Positions 22,281 to 34,134 of a DNA stretch of 64,000 nt are shown here, one piece after another. The DNA lies in assembly GCF_964204645.1 (NCBI RefSeq), contig NC_134028.1:13771653-13835652 (forward strand), read 5' to 3'. Numbering within the stretch: position 1 is the stretch's first letter; each line of letters starts with the position of its first letter. Both the position numbers and the translations under genes were made by a program. The notes beneath the pieces were generated by a model, which worked only from the letters and a program-made list of their open reading frames with translations, was not told the DNA's origin and searched no databases. The stretch is from Tubulanus polymorphus. Taxonomy: Eukaryota; Animalia; Nemertea.

Positions 22281-22715
22281 TTAATAATTTATTAATTCTT
22301 TTAATAATTTATCTTGTTCTTCAACTGTTATATGGCCATTTAAACTTATTATATAATCTAGTGTGTTCTTTAATTTATTTATTTCTTTTATATTAGTTTT
22401 AATTTTTTCTTTATTACTTTTTATATTTAATTTTGAACTTATACCAGTTAAAACACTTGAACTTAATCCTAATACACCAATTGATATAGCTAAAGGTGTT
22501 AATGGACTGAATATTGCTAAAAATGTTATTACAGAACTAATTGTAGCCGAACCACTAATAATAAGATAATATATAATTTTACTTTTTAAATATTTTTTCT
22601 TTTTTATCTTTAAGTCACTTTCAAATTCTAATATTTGTTTTTCTAAATATGTTTTTAATTTAGTTTTATTTATATCATGAGGAATAATATCAATACTATC
22701 AACTTTATCTTCCAT
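22281..22715 (-). CDS. Polinton two-TM protein flanked by coiled coils
   Basis: Two hydrophobic segments; homolog at 63489-63917. Confidence 0.8.
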   Translation of the reverse strand: MEDKVDSIDIIPHDINKTKLKTYLEKQILEFESDLKIKKKKYLKSKIIYYLIISGSATISSVITFLAIFSPLTPLAISIGVLGLSSSVLTGISSKLNIKSNKEKIKTNIKEINKLKNTLDYIISLNGHITVEEQDKLLKELINY

Positions 22716-22734
22716 TTATTTAGAATAAAAATTA

Positions 22735-23157
22735 CTAATTAGTAAATTTATAAGCAACAAATATAACAATAACTGTTCCACCTAAAATCCAAATTATTTC
22801 ATATTTCTGTTGTTCTTTACTTGGGGTATAATAATCTGATAATTTAGGTTTGTATAGATGTAATTTTTCTTTATTGGTTACCGCGTTATATAAACTCATT
22901 GCATCATCAACTGATTGAAAATCTCTATGTGAAATCTTCTGATCATATAATTCTTTATTGATGTAATCCATATAGTTTTGTTTCTTTTCTCTATATTCTT
23001 CTGCAGCTTTATTGTATTTCTCTAACGCTAAGTTATGTCTTCTTTGTTCTCCTAATGAACTATTTTTATCAATATGTTTAAATAAATAACCACCACCAGT
23101 AAATGCTAAAGCGTTAACAATTGCTGATCCTATAATAGTTATAATTGCAGAAGCCAT
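22735..23157 (-). CDS. Polinton protein, 140 aa, with hydrophobic N- and C-termini
   Basis: NALAFTGGGYLF, EQRRHNLALE; homolog at 63040. Confidence 0.85.
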   Translation of the reverse strand: MASAIITIIGSAIVNALAFTGGGYLFKHIDKNSSLGEQRRHNLALEKYNKAAEEYREKKQNYMDYINKELYDQKISHRDFQSVDDAMSLYNAVTNKEKLHLYKPKLSDYYTPSKEQQKYEIIWILGGTVIVIFVAYKFTN

Positions 23158-23181
23158 TTATTTAACAAAAAAATTATGCAT

Positions 23182-23403
23182 TTATATGGGAGGAATATAT
23201 TTTTGTTTTTCCAAATAATCAATTGTTAAATTAGATAAAGTAACTGCTAATGTTAATTTTAGAATATCATTTATATCAAATCTATCAACATTAACACTTC
23301 CCATTTTGAATACTTTTTTTAATACCATTGAATAACCAACAGTTCCAACTGATAGTAATGCGCCATTATATAATCCAGTTATTATCCACTTATTATCACT
23401 CAT
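23182..23403 (-). CDS. Polinton small membrane protein, 73 aa
   Basis: TAAATG start; homologs at 43613-43813 and near 62800. Confidence 0.8.
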   Translation of the reverse strand: MSDNKWIITGLYNGALLSVGTVGYSMVLKKVFKMGSVNVDRFDINDILKLTLAVTLSNLTIDYLEKQKYIPPI

Positions 23404-23760
23404 TTATTTATCAAAAAAATTACTATCATCAAAATATTTAGTTAACTTAGTGATGATTATTTCAACATTTATTTCATTACTAGTTTCATTTGTATATATT
23501 TCAATTATTATTTTTTTAATATCATCGATGATAAAATCTTCATCTAATTCATAAAATCTTAAAGATTCTCTAATTAAATTAGTAATCTTTTCTACATTTA
23601 AAGTTTCTTTATCTATTGTTGTTTCATACTCAAATGTTGTTTCATTAGAAAATGCAATATTTTTGATATGTGTAATTACATCATTCATGTTAAATTTCAT
23701 TTCTTTCTCACGTTTAAAATCAAATCCAAAACATATACTCGGTCAAACAGTTATATTCAT
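23404..23760 (-). CDS. Polinton acidic protein; probable true start at 23760 with an in-frame TGA at codon 6
   Basis: TAAATG at 23760 reads MNITV*PSICFGFDFKREKE directly into the 98-aa ORF. Confidence 0.65.
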
Positions 23761-23776
23761 TTATATATCAAAAAAA

Positions 23777-24532
23777 TTACTCTCTACATCTTATAACTAA
23801 TTCATATATCACAGGAAAGTTATTTAAATCAATTAAGTATCCATTATGATTTCTTATTTCTAATTTAAAATTATTAAATTTAGGAATGCAAGGTTTAAAA
23901 TCACATTCTGTTAAATTATAATTTATTTGCGTTCCAAATTGTTTAACATTTTTTAATGGTAAAATATTTAATATACTAGAATTACAAATTGTTTCTTTAG
24001 TTGCTTCGAAAGTTTTTGTAGGCTCGATTAAATTGCAATAAATATAAAAGTGTGTATAAGGTATTATATTTGAGCTGCCTTCTGCGTTTCCAGTAACTGT
24101 AAGTGGTTTAATTCCTAACATTTTAGCCAGTGGTTTGTTTACCATAAATTTATGTTGTTCATTAGATATTTTTATTCTTATTTTATTAGTACTATCAATT
24201 TTATTAAATTTAATTTCAAATACAGAAGTGCCCCCGATTTTCAACCGAGCTCTTCTATTAATTTCCTGTGCCAATGATTCTAAATTATATAATCCTGGTT
24301 TTAAAAATATATGAAACCATTTATCTTTATTTCTCATATAAATCATAAACCCTCTATGTTCAAAAGTTTTATCCGATACATTATAAAAAGAATTACATAA
24401 ACTTATATTAACTAATTTTAAATCAACACAATTTTTGAATTCTCTATCTAATTGTACTAATAAATTATGTGATTTATAATTTGTAAGTTTTCTAGAATCA
24501 ACATATATTCTGTATTCTTTTAATTCTACCAT
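23777..24532 (-). CDS. Probable minor capsid protein (penton, single jelly-roll)
   Basis: About 250 aa; IYVDSR start, NSFYNVS, PGLYN, FYIYCNLI, C-terminal IRNHNGYLIDLNNFPVIYELVI. Confidence 0.8.
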   Translation of the reverse strand: MVELKEYRIYVDSRKLTNYKSHNLLVQLDREFKNCVDLKLVNISLCNSFYNVSDKTFEHRGFMIYMRNKDKWFHIFLKPGLYNLESLAQEINRRARLKIGGTSVFEIKFNKIDSTNKIRIKISNEQHKFMVNKPLAKMLGIKPLTVTGNAEGSSNIIPYTHFYIYCNLIEPTKTFEATKETICNSSILNILPLKNVKQFGTQINYNLTECDFKPCIPKFNNFKLEIRNHNGYLIDLNNFPVIYELVIRCRE

Positions 24533-24549
24533 TTATTTTACATATTTTC

Positions 24550-24891
24550 TTATTCGAAATCTATTTCATGGTGCCCTTTTTCATTCTTACCTTTGTATAC
24601 GAAATAGAAATCTCCAGAACATAATTCTTCTAGATCTTCACTTGATAATCTATGAAATCTATCTGGTAAATAAGTTCTGAATTTATATTTATTTCCTTTT
24701 AATCCTTCATATTCTAAATGAATTACTAATTTATCTCCATATTTATTAGTAATTGTTTCAATGTTAGTAATTAAATATTTCTTGTGAATTGTTAATTCTG
24801 TTAACTTTTTAAATTTATAATCTACAGATTTGACGCTTGAAGTATCTTTAATTCTATCTAAGAATTCACTGTGTACTTGTTTACTCTCCAT
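24550..24891 (-). CDS. Polinton small protein, 113 aa, function unknown
   Basis: TAAATG start; homologs near 45160 and at 61393. Confidence 0.8.
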   Translation of the reverse strand: MESKQVHSEFLDRIKDTSSVKSVDYKFKKLTELTIHKKYLITNIETITNKYGDKLVIHLEYEGLKGNKYKFRTYLPDRFHRLSSEDLEELCSGDFYFVYKGKNEKGHHEIDFE

Positions 24892-24919
24892 TTATTATAC
24901 AAATTTTTATTGAAATTGA

Positions 24920-27900
24920 TTAACACGTTAGAATCCTTTTCATAATCTCATTTTCTTTTGTTTCTTCTCTTTTGAATTTTATATATTCATCTAAATTGCA
25001 ACCATAGGCGACTGTGTGGATTCCATCATCTAAAATATATCTTTTATCATCAAATGGGTTTAGACTTATCTTCTCTATCTCTTCAATATACATTTCATGA
25101 TCTTCAGATCTTAAACATTTCATTTTATGTTTTCTAACTTCTTCATTAAATATACAATTGATGTAATCTTTAAAATGAATATTCTTTTCTACTACATTTT
25201 TGGTTATTCCTTTTAACTTTTTAGCTTCATGTTCTTTAGTTTTATATGAATACATTTTAGATCTAATACCAATGAACTCTATCATTTCTTCACCACCTAA
25301 TTCATCCCTAAACTTCCAGGAACTTTTTTATTATCATTGCTAAACAATTCATGATTTTTGGGATAATTGCTGAAATCAAAATGGTGTTTTAATATTTTTA
25401 AGTCTTTTGTTATGTTATCACTTTTTATCTTTAATATGTAAGAATCTGTATCTAGATATAAGATTTCTATATGTTTTTCCCCAAAATGGGGTTGCAATAC
25501 ATTATAATAGAATTCATACATCAATAGCTTTGAAATTTCTAAAACTGCAGCTCCAACATAAATAGGTTTATTGAACTTCATAGAAGTTCTTTTTAATTTA
25601 ACTGCAGCTAAATTTTCATCGAATATTCTATTACCTATGAATTTCGGATACGATTGCAAATGTCTAATTCTTTTACCATTACTAACTAACTCAATATCAT
25701 TTCTATTTCTAATATTTTCACATGTTTTTCCATAGAACGCATTATTCATTAGTTTAAAGTAATCTTTTTCAAAATCAGTTTTAGCTTCAGTTCTCTGTGT
25801 AGTATTAAAATCTATATATTTTTCTAACCACTTAGATTGACTAAATGAAATATATCTATGTACTTTTTTTAGAACCATTCCTTGTTTTAGATAAAACTTT
25901 AACATTCTATAATGTACTACATAATTATATTTATCTTCTTGAGTTACCATTAACTTTTCTGTATGAATATGATTTTCGGGTTTAATTCTTTTTTGGTAAT
26001 TTGATAATTCTTCATGTTTAACAGTTTTATGTTCGGGACAATATGCTAGATTTCTAGATTTGAATTTAATACGTTCAGGATATTCCAAGTCTACAACGAA
26101 GAAGTAACCAGTATCTGAATCATCTGCAATATCTAGAATTCTTTTCTTCCAATCAAATTTATCAATTTGTAAAACTTCAGTTATTTCAAACATCCCATAA
26201 GGTTGTGGTTCCATCATTGCCCAACCATAAAGATTATTTGCATCTATGTATAATAATTTATATCCAGGATTATCATTTACATTGAAATATCTATCACCTA
26301 ATACACCTGAAACACCTCCTCTTATAGATTTTTCAAATAATAGTAATTGATCTATATTTGTTAACAAATCCATTTTTATATCTGTAAATTTTAATCCACA
26401 ATCCCATGTTAATCCTGGGCTAGAATAACAATGACAAGGATCAATGTTAAAATATTTTAGGTTTACATCTCTAAACCTTTCAAATATATCAGTTAATAAT
26501 AATACATCTGATTTTAAATATAAATCTACTAATTGCCCATGATTTTCTATTTTGAAATGATTCCAAATATTCAATGTTCTATTATAAACTTCATCTTTAA
26601 CATATTCATTTTTTAATTCGTCATAGAATTGTTCTTTTAATAATTCAGTTATGTTAAAATCATTATGATTTTTATAGAAAGAATATGGAATTGCTCCTTT
26701 ATATCTCATTAATTTAAAATCATCATAATTTGGGTAATATTCTTTTAATATCTTTAATTCAACATCAACTAATGATTTTGATAAGTTATCTAATGAACTA
26801 TTTAAAAATCTATATGAATCTATAAATCTTAGACAACCAAATTGAAATGATATATAATTCTCAGATGTTTTAGCTAACATTCTAAATTTATAAGTTGGTA
26901 TTTTATCTTTTGATCTATTTGAATTTAATATTTCTATTTCATTATTAATTTCTTCTATTTTATGACACAGTTGCTTAATGAATAAATGCGCGTCATACCC
27001 CGATAAATTGTGAAATATAATGGGGACAAAATTTACTTTTTTGGCTTGTAAATTGCAAGCCTCATGCGCTGCACCTCTAAATTTACCATTCAAATGATCA
27101 TGGTCTCTTACTTTTTTATCTTTATAATTAAATAGTTTTTCACAATAATAACATTTATCTGCAAACGCAAATTCTTCTTTATCTTCTTCTGTCATAATTA
27201 TTTCTTTATTTGTATTCAATAATTTACTAAATCTTATTTCATATTCAATTAATAAGTCACAAAAATGATTGATAACATTTTCATTTCTATAATTATAATA
27301 TTCACTTTCAATTAGTTCTGGATAATCAGATTTTATATATAACCCGAAAGCTGCAGCTGATTGATGAATCTTTTTAATTGTATTTGTTATTGGTGGTTCA
27401 TCTGAATAATCACTTTCATTAGAATTTAATTTCTTTCTTTTATAATATATATCTTTTCTATCTTTATCTGTTAATTCTTTATTTAATGATTCAAAATCTC
27501 CATATATTACAAATGGTACTTTATTTTTGTAATCATATTTTTTGAATTCTAATATTTTATCTTTTTCATTTGGTAAAACTAATTTACAATAATCATGATT
27601 ATCACATAGTTGTTTATGATTTAATAATGTACTTTCATTACTAAATTTATGTAAACATTTTCTACATAGATATATTTTATTATGGTGATCACTTTCTGTT
27701 CTAAAAAATAAATCGATTTGTTTAATCCACATGTAATGATTTTCATAATATAGTATATCTATAACATCATTTGAATCATAATCTTTTGATAGGTATAAAG
27801 GTTCTAATGTATAATGTTTTATGTTGTTACCTTTTGTATTTGGTAATTTAATTAAATCAAATACATTTATCTTTAAATTATTATCTCTTTCTATTTTGGG

Positions 27901-28911
27901 GATGTTTTTAATTATAACAGGATACTTATCTATCTTATAATTATTTTCAAATTGTTTATAATGAGTTAATCTAAAACTATGTGTAATATCTTCTGTTGGA
28001 TGTAAACAACTTATTATAGCCCATATAAAACATTTATTATCAAAATTTTGTATATTTATTACACCATTAGTTTTAAATGGTAGTTTAATATAACTTGTTC
28101 CATTTATACTATCATCTTTATAATATGATAAATTATTTTCATCAATTGGTTTTGATTTAGTTAACTTATTATATTTTGTGTTATAAACATGTAAAGTTAT
28201 AAATATTATCTCATCAAATATTAAACCAGATCCTTCAAAATATTTCTCTTCTATTTTAGTTTTTATTTCATTATAACATTTATTTAATTTATCATCTATA
28301 TGTTGTTTAGATATAATATGTTGTGAATGAGAATTTATATTATATATTGGTTTATCTTCAGATTTTATAAACTTTACTTTAGAAGATATACTTATTTTAG
28401 GATATTCAACATCTGTAATTATTTTTATTATTTCTTTCATATTTTCTAAATGTTTTTTATTTTCTTCTAATGTTTTTCCTTTATGAAATTTAAACTCGAT
28501 AGCTGCTGGACCAATATCACTTTTAAATGCTTCGGTTATCTCTATATCTTTTTTATTATCTAATGAATTAATATAATTTCTTACATGTTCCATGTATGGT
28601 CTTTTATTGTTTAATTTATTTTTTATTCTTTTAATTGTCTTCTGTTTCTTATCGTTATCATTATCAAAATAATCTTCACCTAAAATATCATTATTCTTAT
28701 TTCTAATATGACTTATAGATTTTAAATGTTCTTTATAATATCTTTTATCACTGAATGATTGATTACATGTATCACATTTGTATGTTTCTTTTTCATTCTT
28801 TAATTCTTCTAATTTAGTTTCTAATATATCATCTTTATATTCTAGTTTCAATTTATTCTCTAAATGTGTTCTAGTTTTATTGTGTCTTGCTTTTTTCATA
28901 ACCGCGTGCAT
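24920..28911 (-). CDS. polB: Protein-primed family B DNA polymerase (pPolB) with N-terminal zinc fingers, an OTU-like Cys/His region and an EndoVII-like insert; frameshift near 25310; N-terminus truncated
   Basis: YGDFES, FHNLSGYD, YLKSDV, DANNLYG, KLMNNAFYGK, YLDTDS; CYYC..VRDHDHLNGKFRGAAH..CN; continues KFRDELGGEEMIEFIGIRSKMYSY. Confidence 0.95.
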
Positions 28912-29114
28912 TTCAGTTGAATAATAGAATAATTATTATCATTTGAATATATTTGATTATTTGAATTTGTGTATTGTAATTAAATCAATTGGTCGCGGAG
29001 CGGAGCGGTGGCGAAGCGGAGCGACCAATTGATTTAATACAATATGCTTTTTATATTATTGATATCTTAGAATAAATATTTAGTTTTGATATAAAATGCA
29101 CGCGGTTATGAAAA
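28893..29114. repeat. About 220-bp palindromic element at the truncated 5' end of polB
   Basis: Outer arms TTTTCATAACCGCGTGCATTT/AAATGCACGCGGTTATGAAAA; inner arms 28979-28996 and 29021-29038 around a GC-rich loop. Confidence 0.9.
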
Positions 29115-29146
29115 TATATTATAGTTTTTAATTACTTTTAATATTT

Positions 29147-29206
29147 TGTTTTTTAATGGGCTCGACCGTTCGACCTTTGGTATGAAAGCCTATTACCCCT
29201 ATTACT
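29147..29206. repeat. Right arm of the AGTAAT hairpin family (H2), right edge of the Polinton
   Basis: CTCGACCGTTCGACCTTTGGTATGAAA...CCCTATTACT is the reverse complement of the H3 left arm. Confidence 0.85.
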
Positions 29207-29440
29207 TATCTGGATATACCGTTGGGTTGGCAGCAATCATAATTGTTATCTATGTGAGTGTCCTATGAAATTTACTCGCATATTCCACGAGGAGAAGAAA
29301 GCACATATTTGGACACGTACTTGTCGCTATTCTTCTCATTTGTTTTGAAAATCTTGGCTGTTAATCATAAGAAGTAGCAGGGTCAATCGGTTATACTCAT
29401 GGCCTGTAGTTACTTTCAAAGTTAGTTTTCTTGTTTGAAG

Positions 29441-29685
29441 TGTGATGCTTTTTAAAAGTTGTATTTTATTATATTGTGTCTGTGTACTATCATATCGACT
29501 GTAATAACTACAAGATTATTATCCATATAGATATCAAATGATAGAATTTATTTGTTATAATAACTTAATTAATGATGATTTTTAAAAGGGTGATGCTTTT
29601 TAAAAGTTGTTTTTTATTATATGTACTATTGACTGTAATAACTACGTACAGACTGATGATCCATAAATCTTAAATAATAGAATTA
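29441..29685. repeat. Imperfect tandem duplication, period about 150 bp
   Basis: GTGATGCTTTTTAAAAGTTGT...GACTGTAATAACTAC...ATCCATA...ATAGAATT occurs twice. Confidence 0.8.
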
Positions 29686-30527
29686 ATTAGGCCTGTAAAA
29701 ACTTTGCGAGGATTAATTGCAATTGTATTATTATGATCTAAGTTGCAGGGCATTTCATTATATTTTTTCTCTGCAAAAGGTTATTTCAATAAAAACTGTT
29801 TTTAAATGTACACGAAACTGAATTTTATTTTTTTAGAGTTTTGGAATGTGGCAGGTAGATGAAATCTAGTGAATGACTATCCTTATCAGCCAAACTTCGT
29901 GTACTGTTAAATGTTGGTTGACTGGGTTGAATTTTTTTCTCGGGATCATTTTGGTTTACATTATCGTAAAAAGAAATATAACTCATGTACCGGTAGAGCG
30001 ATTTTCAAATCAGAAGTTGGCTCGTGAAAATGTTTCGATCCATCATGCATATAATGCGTGCAACATTGCGATTCATCCATCATCCAAACTACCGGTACCA
30101 GTACCACCCGGCATTGCACACCGCAGCAGCCGTGCGACTGATAAGAGTTCAACTCACGACATAATATCTCTCAGATCCTATTTCTTCCAGTTCGAAAAAA
30201 AAATCTTAAAGGTAAGAATTAAGTTGGTCACGTTGCCTATTAAACAGCTAGCCTAAACGACTCATTTCGTAACTACTGGGGAAAAATAGGGGATTCGAGA
30301 GCCTAGGTCTGGAGGAGCGAGGGAGAACAGGTCCTATTCATCTGCTCATTGACTCTCACTGAAAAGGCTTGTTGCTATAAGTGTGGCGGGCTTGGTGTAT
30401 GGCATAGTGTATTGTCTGTTAACTCCTGCAATGATGAATAGACCCATTGTTAGTACCTCAGGCTCAGACTCAGTGAGGAATGAGTATTGAATTATTAAGT
30501 CAGTAGGCCTACTAAAGCAAACTAATC

Positions 30528-30695
30528 CAGGGGCGGTGGAAGCAATTTTTGATTGCAGCAGCCAAATGCTGATTTTGGACAGATTCTAAATATTGCCACA
30601 GCGTATTTACTTAATTTCTTCAAAAACTTGGTATTAAAAAAAAACGTCATCAGTAAATTATTGTCGCTGCAGTCGCTGCATTTCCAACGCCACTG
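30528..30695. mobile_element. hAT-like MITE in an intron
   Basis: TIR CAGGGGCGGTGGAA / TTCCAACGCCACTG; TSD only partial (TAATC). Confidence 0.6.
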
Positions 30696-32917
30696 TAATC
30701 AATTTATCTACCTTTATTATGCATCACTTTGTTTAGGGTTTAGCTTCGAAAGGGTGAAATGATCAAATTTCCACTACCATTTTTGATCTACCAATTGGCC
30801 ATTTTGAAGTAGGACTAGACTATAGGCCTAGAAGCCACATCATTTTTCATTGAGTGAATGAAAAGATGTCAACAATTATTCTTTTTTATTTTTAGATGGA
30901 CAAAGAATTTGAAAATACCCATGGGCCATTATTAAACACCAAGGAAAGGTAAGCATGCCCTTGGGCAGGTCTCTACTATCAAACCATTCAGACCTAGTTC
31001 TTATAATTAACTGATACATGCACTATGTTACGTTGTTGACTTAGCCTAATGTCGTTCCAAGATCAGAGATAACTTATGACAACCTCTCTGATGAACTTTG
31101 GCGAGTTTGACTATGAAAGATCTTTTAAGCTACTTACATTTAACAGTCGTTAACTGCTTTAGTTTCAATTTGAATTCAGACAGTCTACTTTGGTGTCCTA
31201 TTTTGAGAAAGGGATGACTCATTGTGGAAATGAATTTACCAAAGGAATGGTTCGAGAAGCCAGTGTTGCTACAGGCATGCCAGAGAAATCAGTTAAGGTA
31301 GGCCTATATAACTTTTTCTTATGATCTAGGGCCTATGGTGTTTTCTCCAGACTTTGTGATGAAGCACTTTTACTAAAATAAAAAATTGATAAACTGTATT
31401 TTAAAAGTTTTAGTTTATTCTGTTAAAGAAATGGATAGAGAACCACAAGGTACAATGTCGAAAGAAAGCTGGGATTTACAACTATGAAAATCGAGTAGGA
31501 AGCAGCGCATTCGATCATGCAGACCGTACGATGTTTATCTCTCTGATAAAAAAAAGGAAAATGTAAGCTAGATACATGTTGATTTTAGTCAACCACTATG
31601 TAGTTGCTGAGCCTGTTTAAAGTGAGGTGTGTGTAATTTGTATACCATTTTAGGCCAGGGAAATTGGAATGACCAAACAGAGGAAGCAATGGCTTCATAC
31701 GCACAGAGGGCTGCAAGCCACAGCCAGCCTGTCGGCCCAGAAAATAAAGAAAATAACATCGAATATCTGGTGCATGAACTAGAAAAAAAGGTAGGCCGTT
31801 TCATTTAACCATTAACGTTTATGTTATTTGCAGTCATCTAAATAACATAATTATACTTCAGGTAAATAAATTTACTTCGACAACAGAAAAGTTGGATGTT
31901 GTGGCTATTGCTATTACTAAGGATGGGAATAGAATGTTTATATGTGGATCACCAATTCCAACAAAGTGGTTTGAAAAACAGAGAGAGGTTCAGCAAAGTC
32001 TGAAGTCACTTTATCAGCCAGGTAAAGACATTCAAACATACACACTTTCACTATCATTAACTAAGATAATTCAGGCAGTCTCAGTTTCTATACGTTTGTT
32101 GCTACATTCAGATGATGACAATCAATTGGAAGATGTCAACGTACTGCGATCGAAAGTCACAGATATGTTCAATCGTAGATACAGTAAGCATATATTTTAG
32201 CTACTTGATTTGATTATACATTCAAATAGTCGAAAAATTCAGCATTTGACAATCGTAATCATTTCATATGCGCCATTATATAGCTTCAGCAATAAAGGGT
32301 ATCCCCGGGACGAGATGCAGCTACAAAGCGGTTGATGCTGGTCAAGTCAGGGCATTTAATTTGCCAACTGGAATAATTTTGAAAAGACCATCATCTTATG
32401 CAAAAAACTCGCTGAAAGCACTTTTGAAAAAGGAAGATAAAATATACTTCGAAGGTACACTGTTTCAACTTACCGGTAATAGATATTTAACACACTAAGT
32501 TAGACACACTATTACATAATATATCAACATATATCTTTAAGAATGTCATTATTAGGCCACACAAAGAAATACCGTAGTTTCTCAGGCTTTTTCTGGAAAG
32601 TGACGCTGGTGAGCAAATTATATTTTCATAGCTCCTTTGAAAAAGAGTTGAAATAAAAAGCTCGAAACCAGAGACTTATATAAGAGATGCGGGAAGTAAG
32701 TAAATAACAAATACAGCGGTGCGGGCGAGCAGGATTTAATTTTTATAATAAAAAAAGACGATTCAGATTGATGGTTTGCCAATGCGGGTTAGCGCATTTG
32801 AATTTTCGATTTTTATTAGGGACTTTTTTTATGATGCGGGTGGCATTTGACCTTGAAGAACTAGGGTATTTCTATGTGTGGGCTTGATGAATTGAAATAC
32901 AATGTACTGGTACTGGT

Positions 32918-34101
32918 ATATGTCTTAATGGAATATGGAAGGATAACATTAGAATTATTTCTTATTAGTTGATACTATGAGCCAGGAAGAAGCAGAGTCA
33001 CCAACTGAAGAACTTCAGTTTCCAGAAGCCACTGAAGGTACAACTAAGTCTTTTTGTCTTATAAACTTACAAGCTATGGTAATATTGGGGTAAATTATCT
33101 TGTTTCTCATTGTAGATTCAGATGCTACAGAGATCATCAGAGGTACGTATTCTTATGTTATTCTTACGTTTAAGCAAAAAAGATATTGTTGTATCGCTAG
33201 GCTGAATTATTCTTTCTTTTTTTCAACAGAACCTAATATGGCAAAAAGAAAAGCCGAAGTCCTCACAAAGAAAACAGGGAAATCAGGTACGTTTTTAACA
33301 CTAAGCTATGCAGTCTTTGATGAAAATATAATTGCACAAAATCAATTAAAAAATTGTTCTCTTTCAGTAATCAAAACTGGCATCAAGAAAAGGAAAATAA
33401 ATAATGGTAGGCTATGCACGTTTAAAGAAATATTTCAAAGCAGCCAGATCAGCATTATTGTGTTTTATAAGGTAAAAAATTGATACCTTGTTTGTCCTCG
33501 GCAATAAATTTTCTAATCAGTTAATTTCTGTAACTGCCGGGTCTGTTATTGTTAGCTTGATCATGGTTTCAAAAAAAGTAAATATACAGAGTAGATACAT
33601 GGCCACCTGCGTCAATTTTTAAGCTCAGAAATAAGAAACAAGGTATCAATTCTTTTTTCCTTATATCACAAATACAATATGCTTTTTTCCAAGTAATGCA
33701 TTGGTTTGTTATTTCAAAATCAATTGATATGTTTTAATGGAAATGAAACTGATGGATAATATTAGAATTATTTCTTATTAGTTGATACTATGAGCCACGG
33801 AGAAGCAGAGTCACCAACTGAAGAACTTCTGTTTCCAGAAGCCACTGAAGGTACAACTAAGTCTTTTTGTCTTATAAACTTACAAGCTACGGTAATATTG
33901 GGGTAAATTATCTTGTTTCTCATTGTAGATTCAGATGCTGCAGAGATCATCAGAGGTACGTATTGTTCTTTATATTTAGAAAATAAATAAAATGAGATAT
34001 TATTGAATAGCTAGGCTTAATTATCCTTTCCTTTCTTCAACAGAACCTATGACAAAAAGAAAAACCGAAGTTGTCACAAAGAAAAAGGAGAAATCAGGTA
34101 C
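32918..34101 (+). repeat. Tandem duplication of a three-exon block (~32918-33291 and ~33727-34101)
   Basis: DTMS(Q/H)..AESPTEEL.FPEATE, DSDA.EIIR and KRK.EV.TKK exons are repeated with their introns. Confidence 0.9.
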
Positions 34102-34134
34102 GCAGCCTTCAATTCAGTTAATACCAATCGAATA

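Larger units (their letters stand above)
14169..29206. mobile_element. Polinton/Maverick-type endogenous dsDNA virus, about 15 kb, near-complete; boundaries approximate
   Basis: Intronless, AT-rich, densely packed ORFs including rve integrase, packaging ATPase, MCP, mCP and pPolB; begins AGTAAT and ends ATTACT; long TIRs and TSD not recovered. Confidence 0.92.

Noticed and set aside
17078-22569. ORFs 17078-17338, 17497-17946, 19638-20267, 20180-20437, 20525-20824, 21656-21841 and 22363-22569
   Set aside because: Antisense shadows of real genes or translation of the minisatellite (GYQVL repeats)
14163-29212. Canonical long TIRs and 6-bp TSD for Polinton 1
   Set aside because: The ends match only over AGTAAT, and the flanks TGAAAT and TATCTG differ
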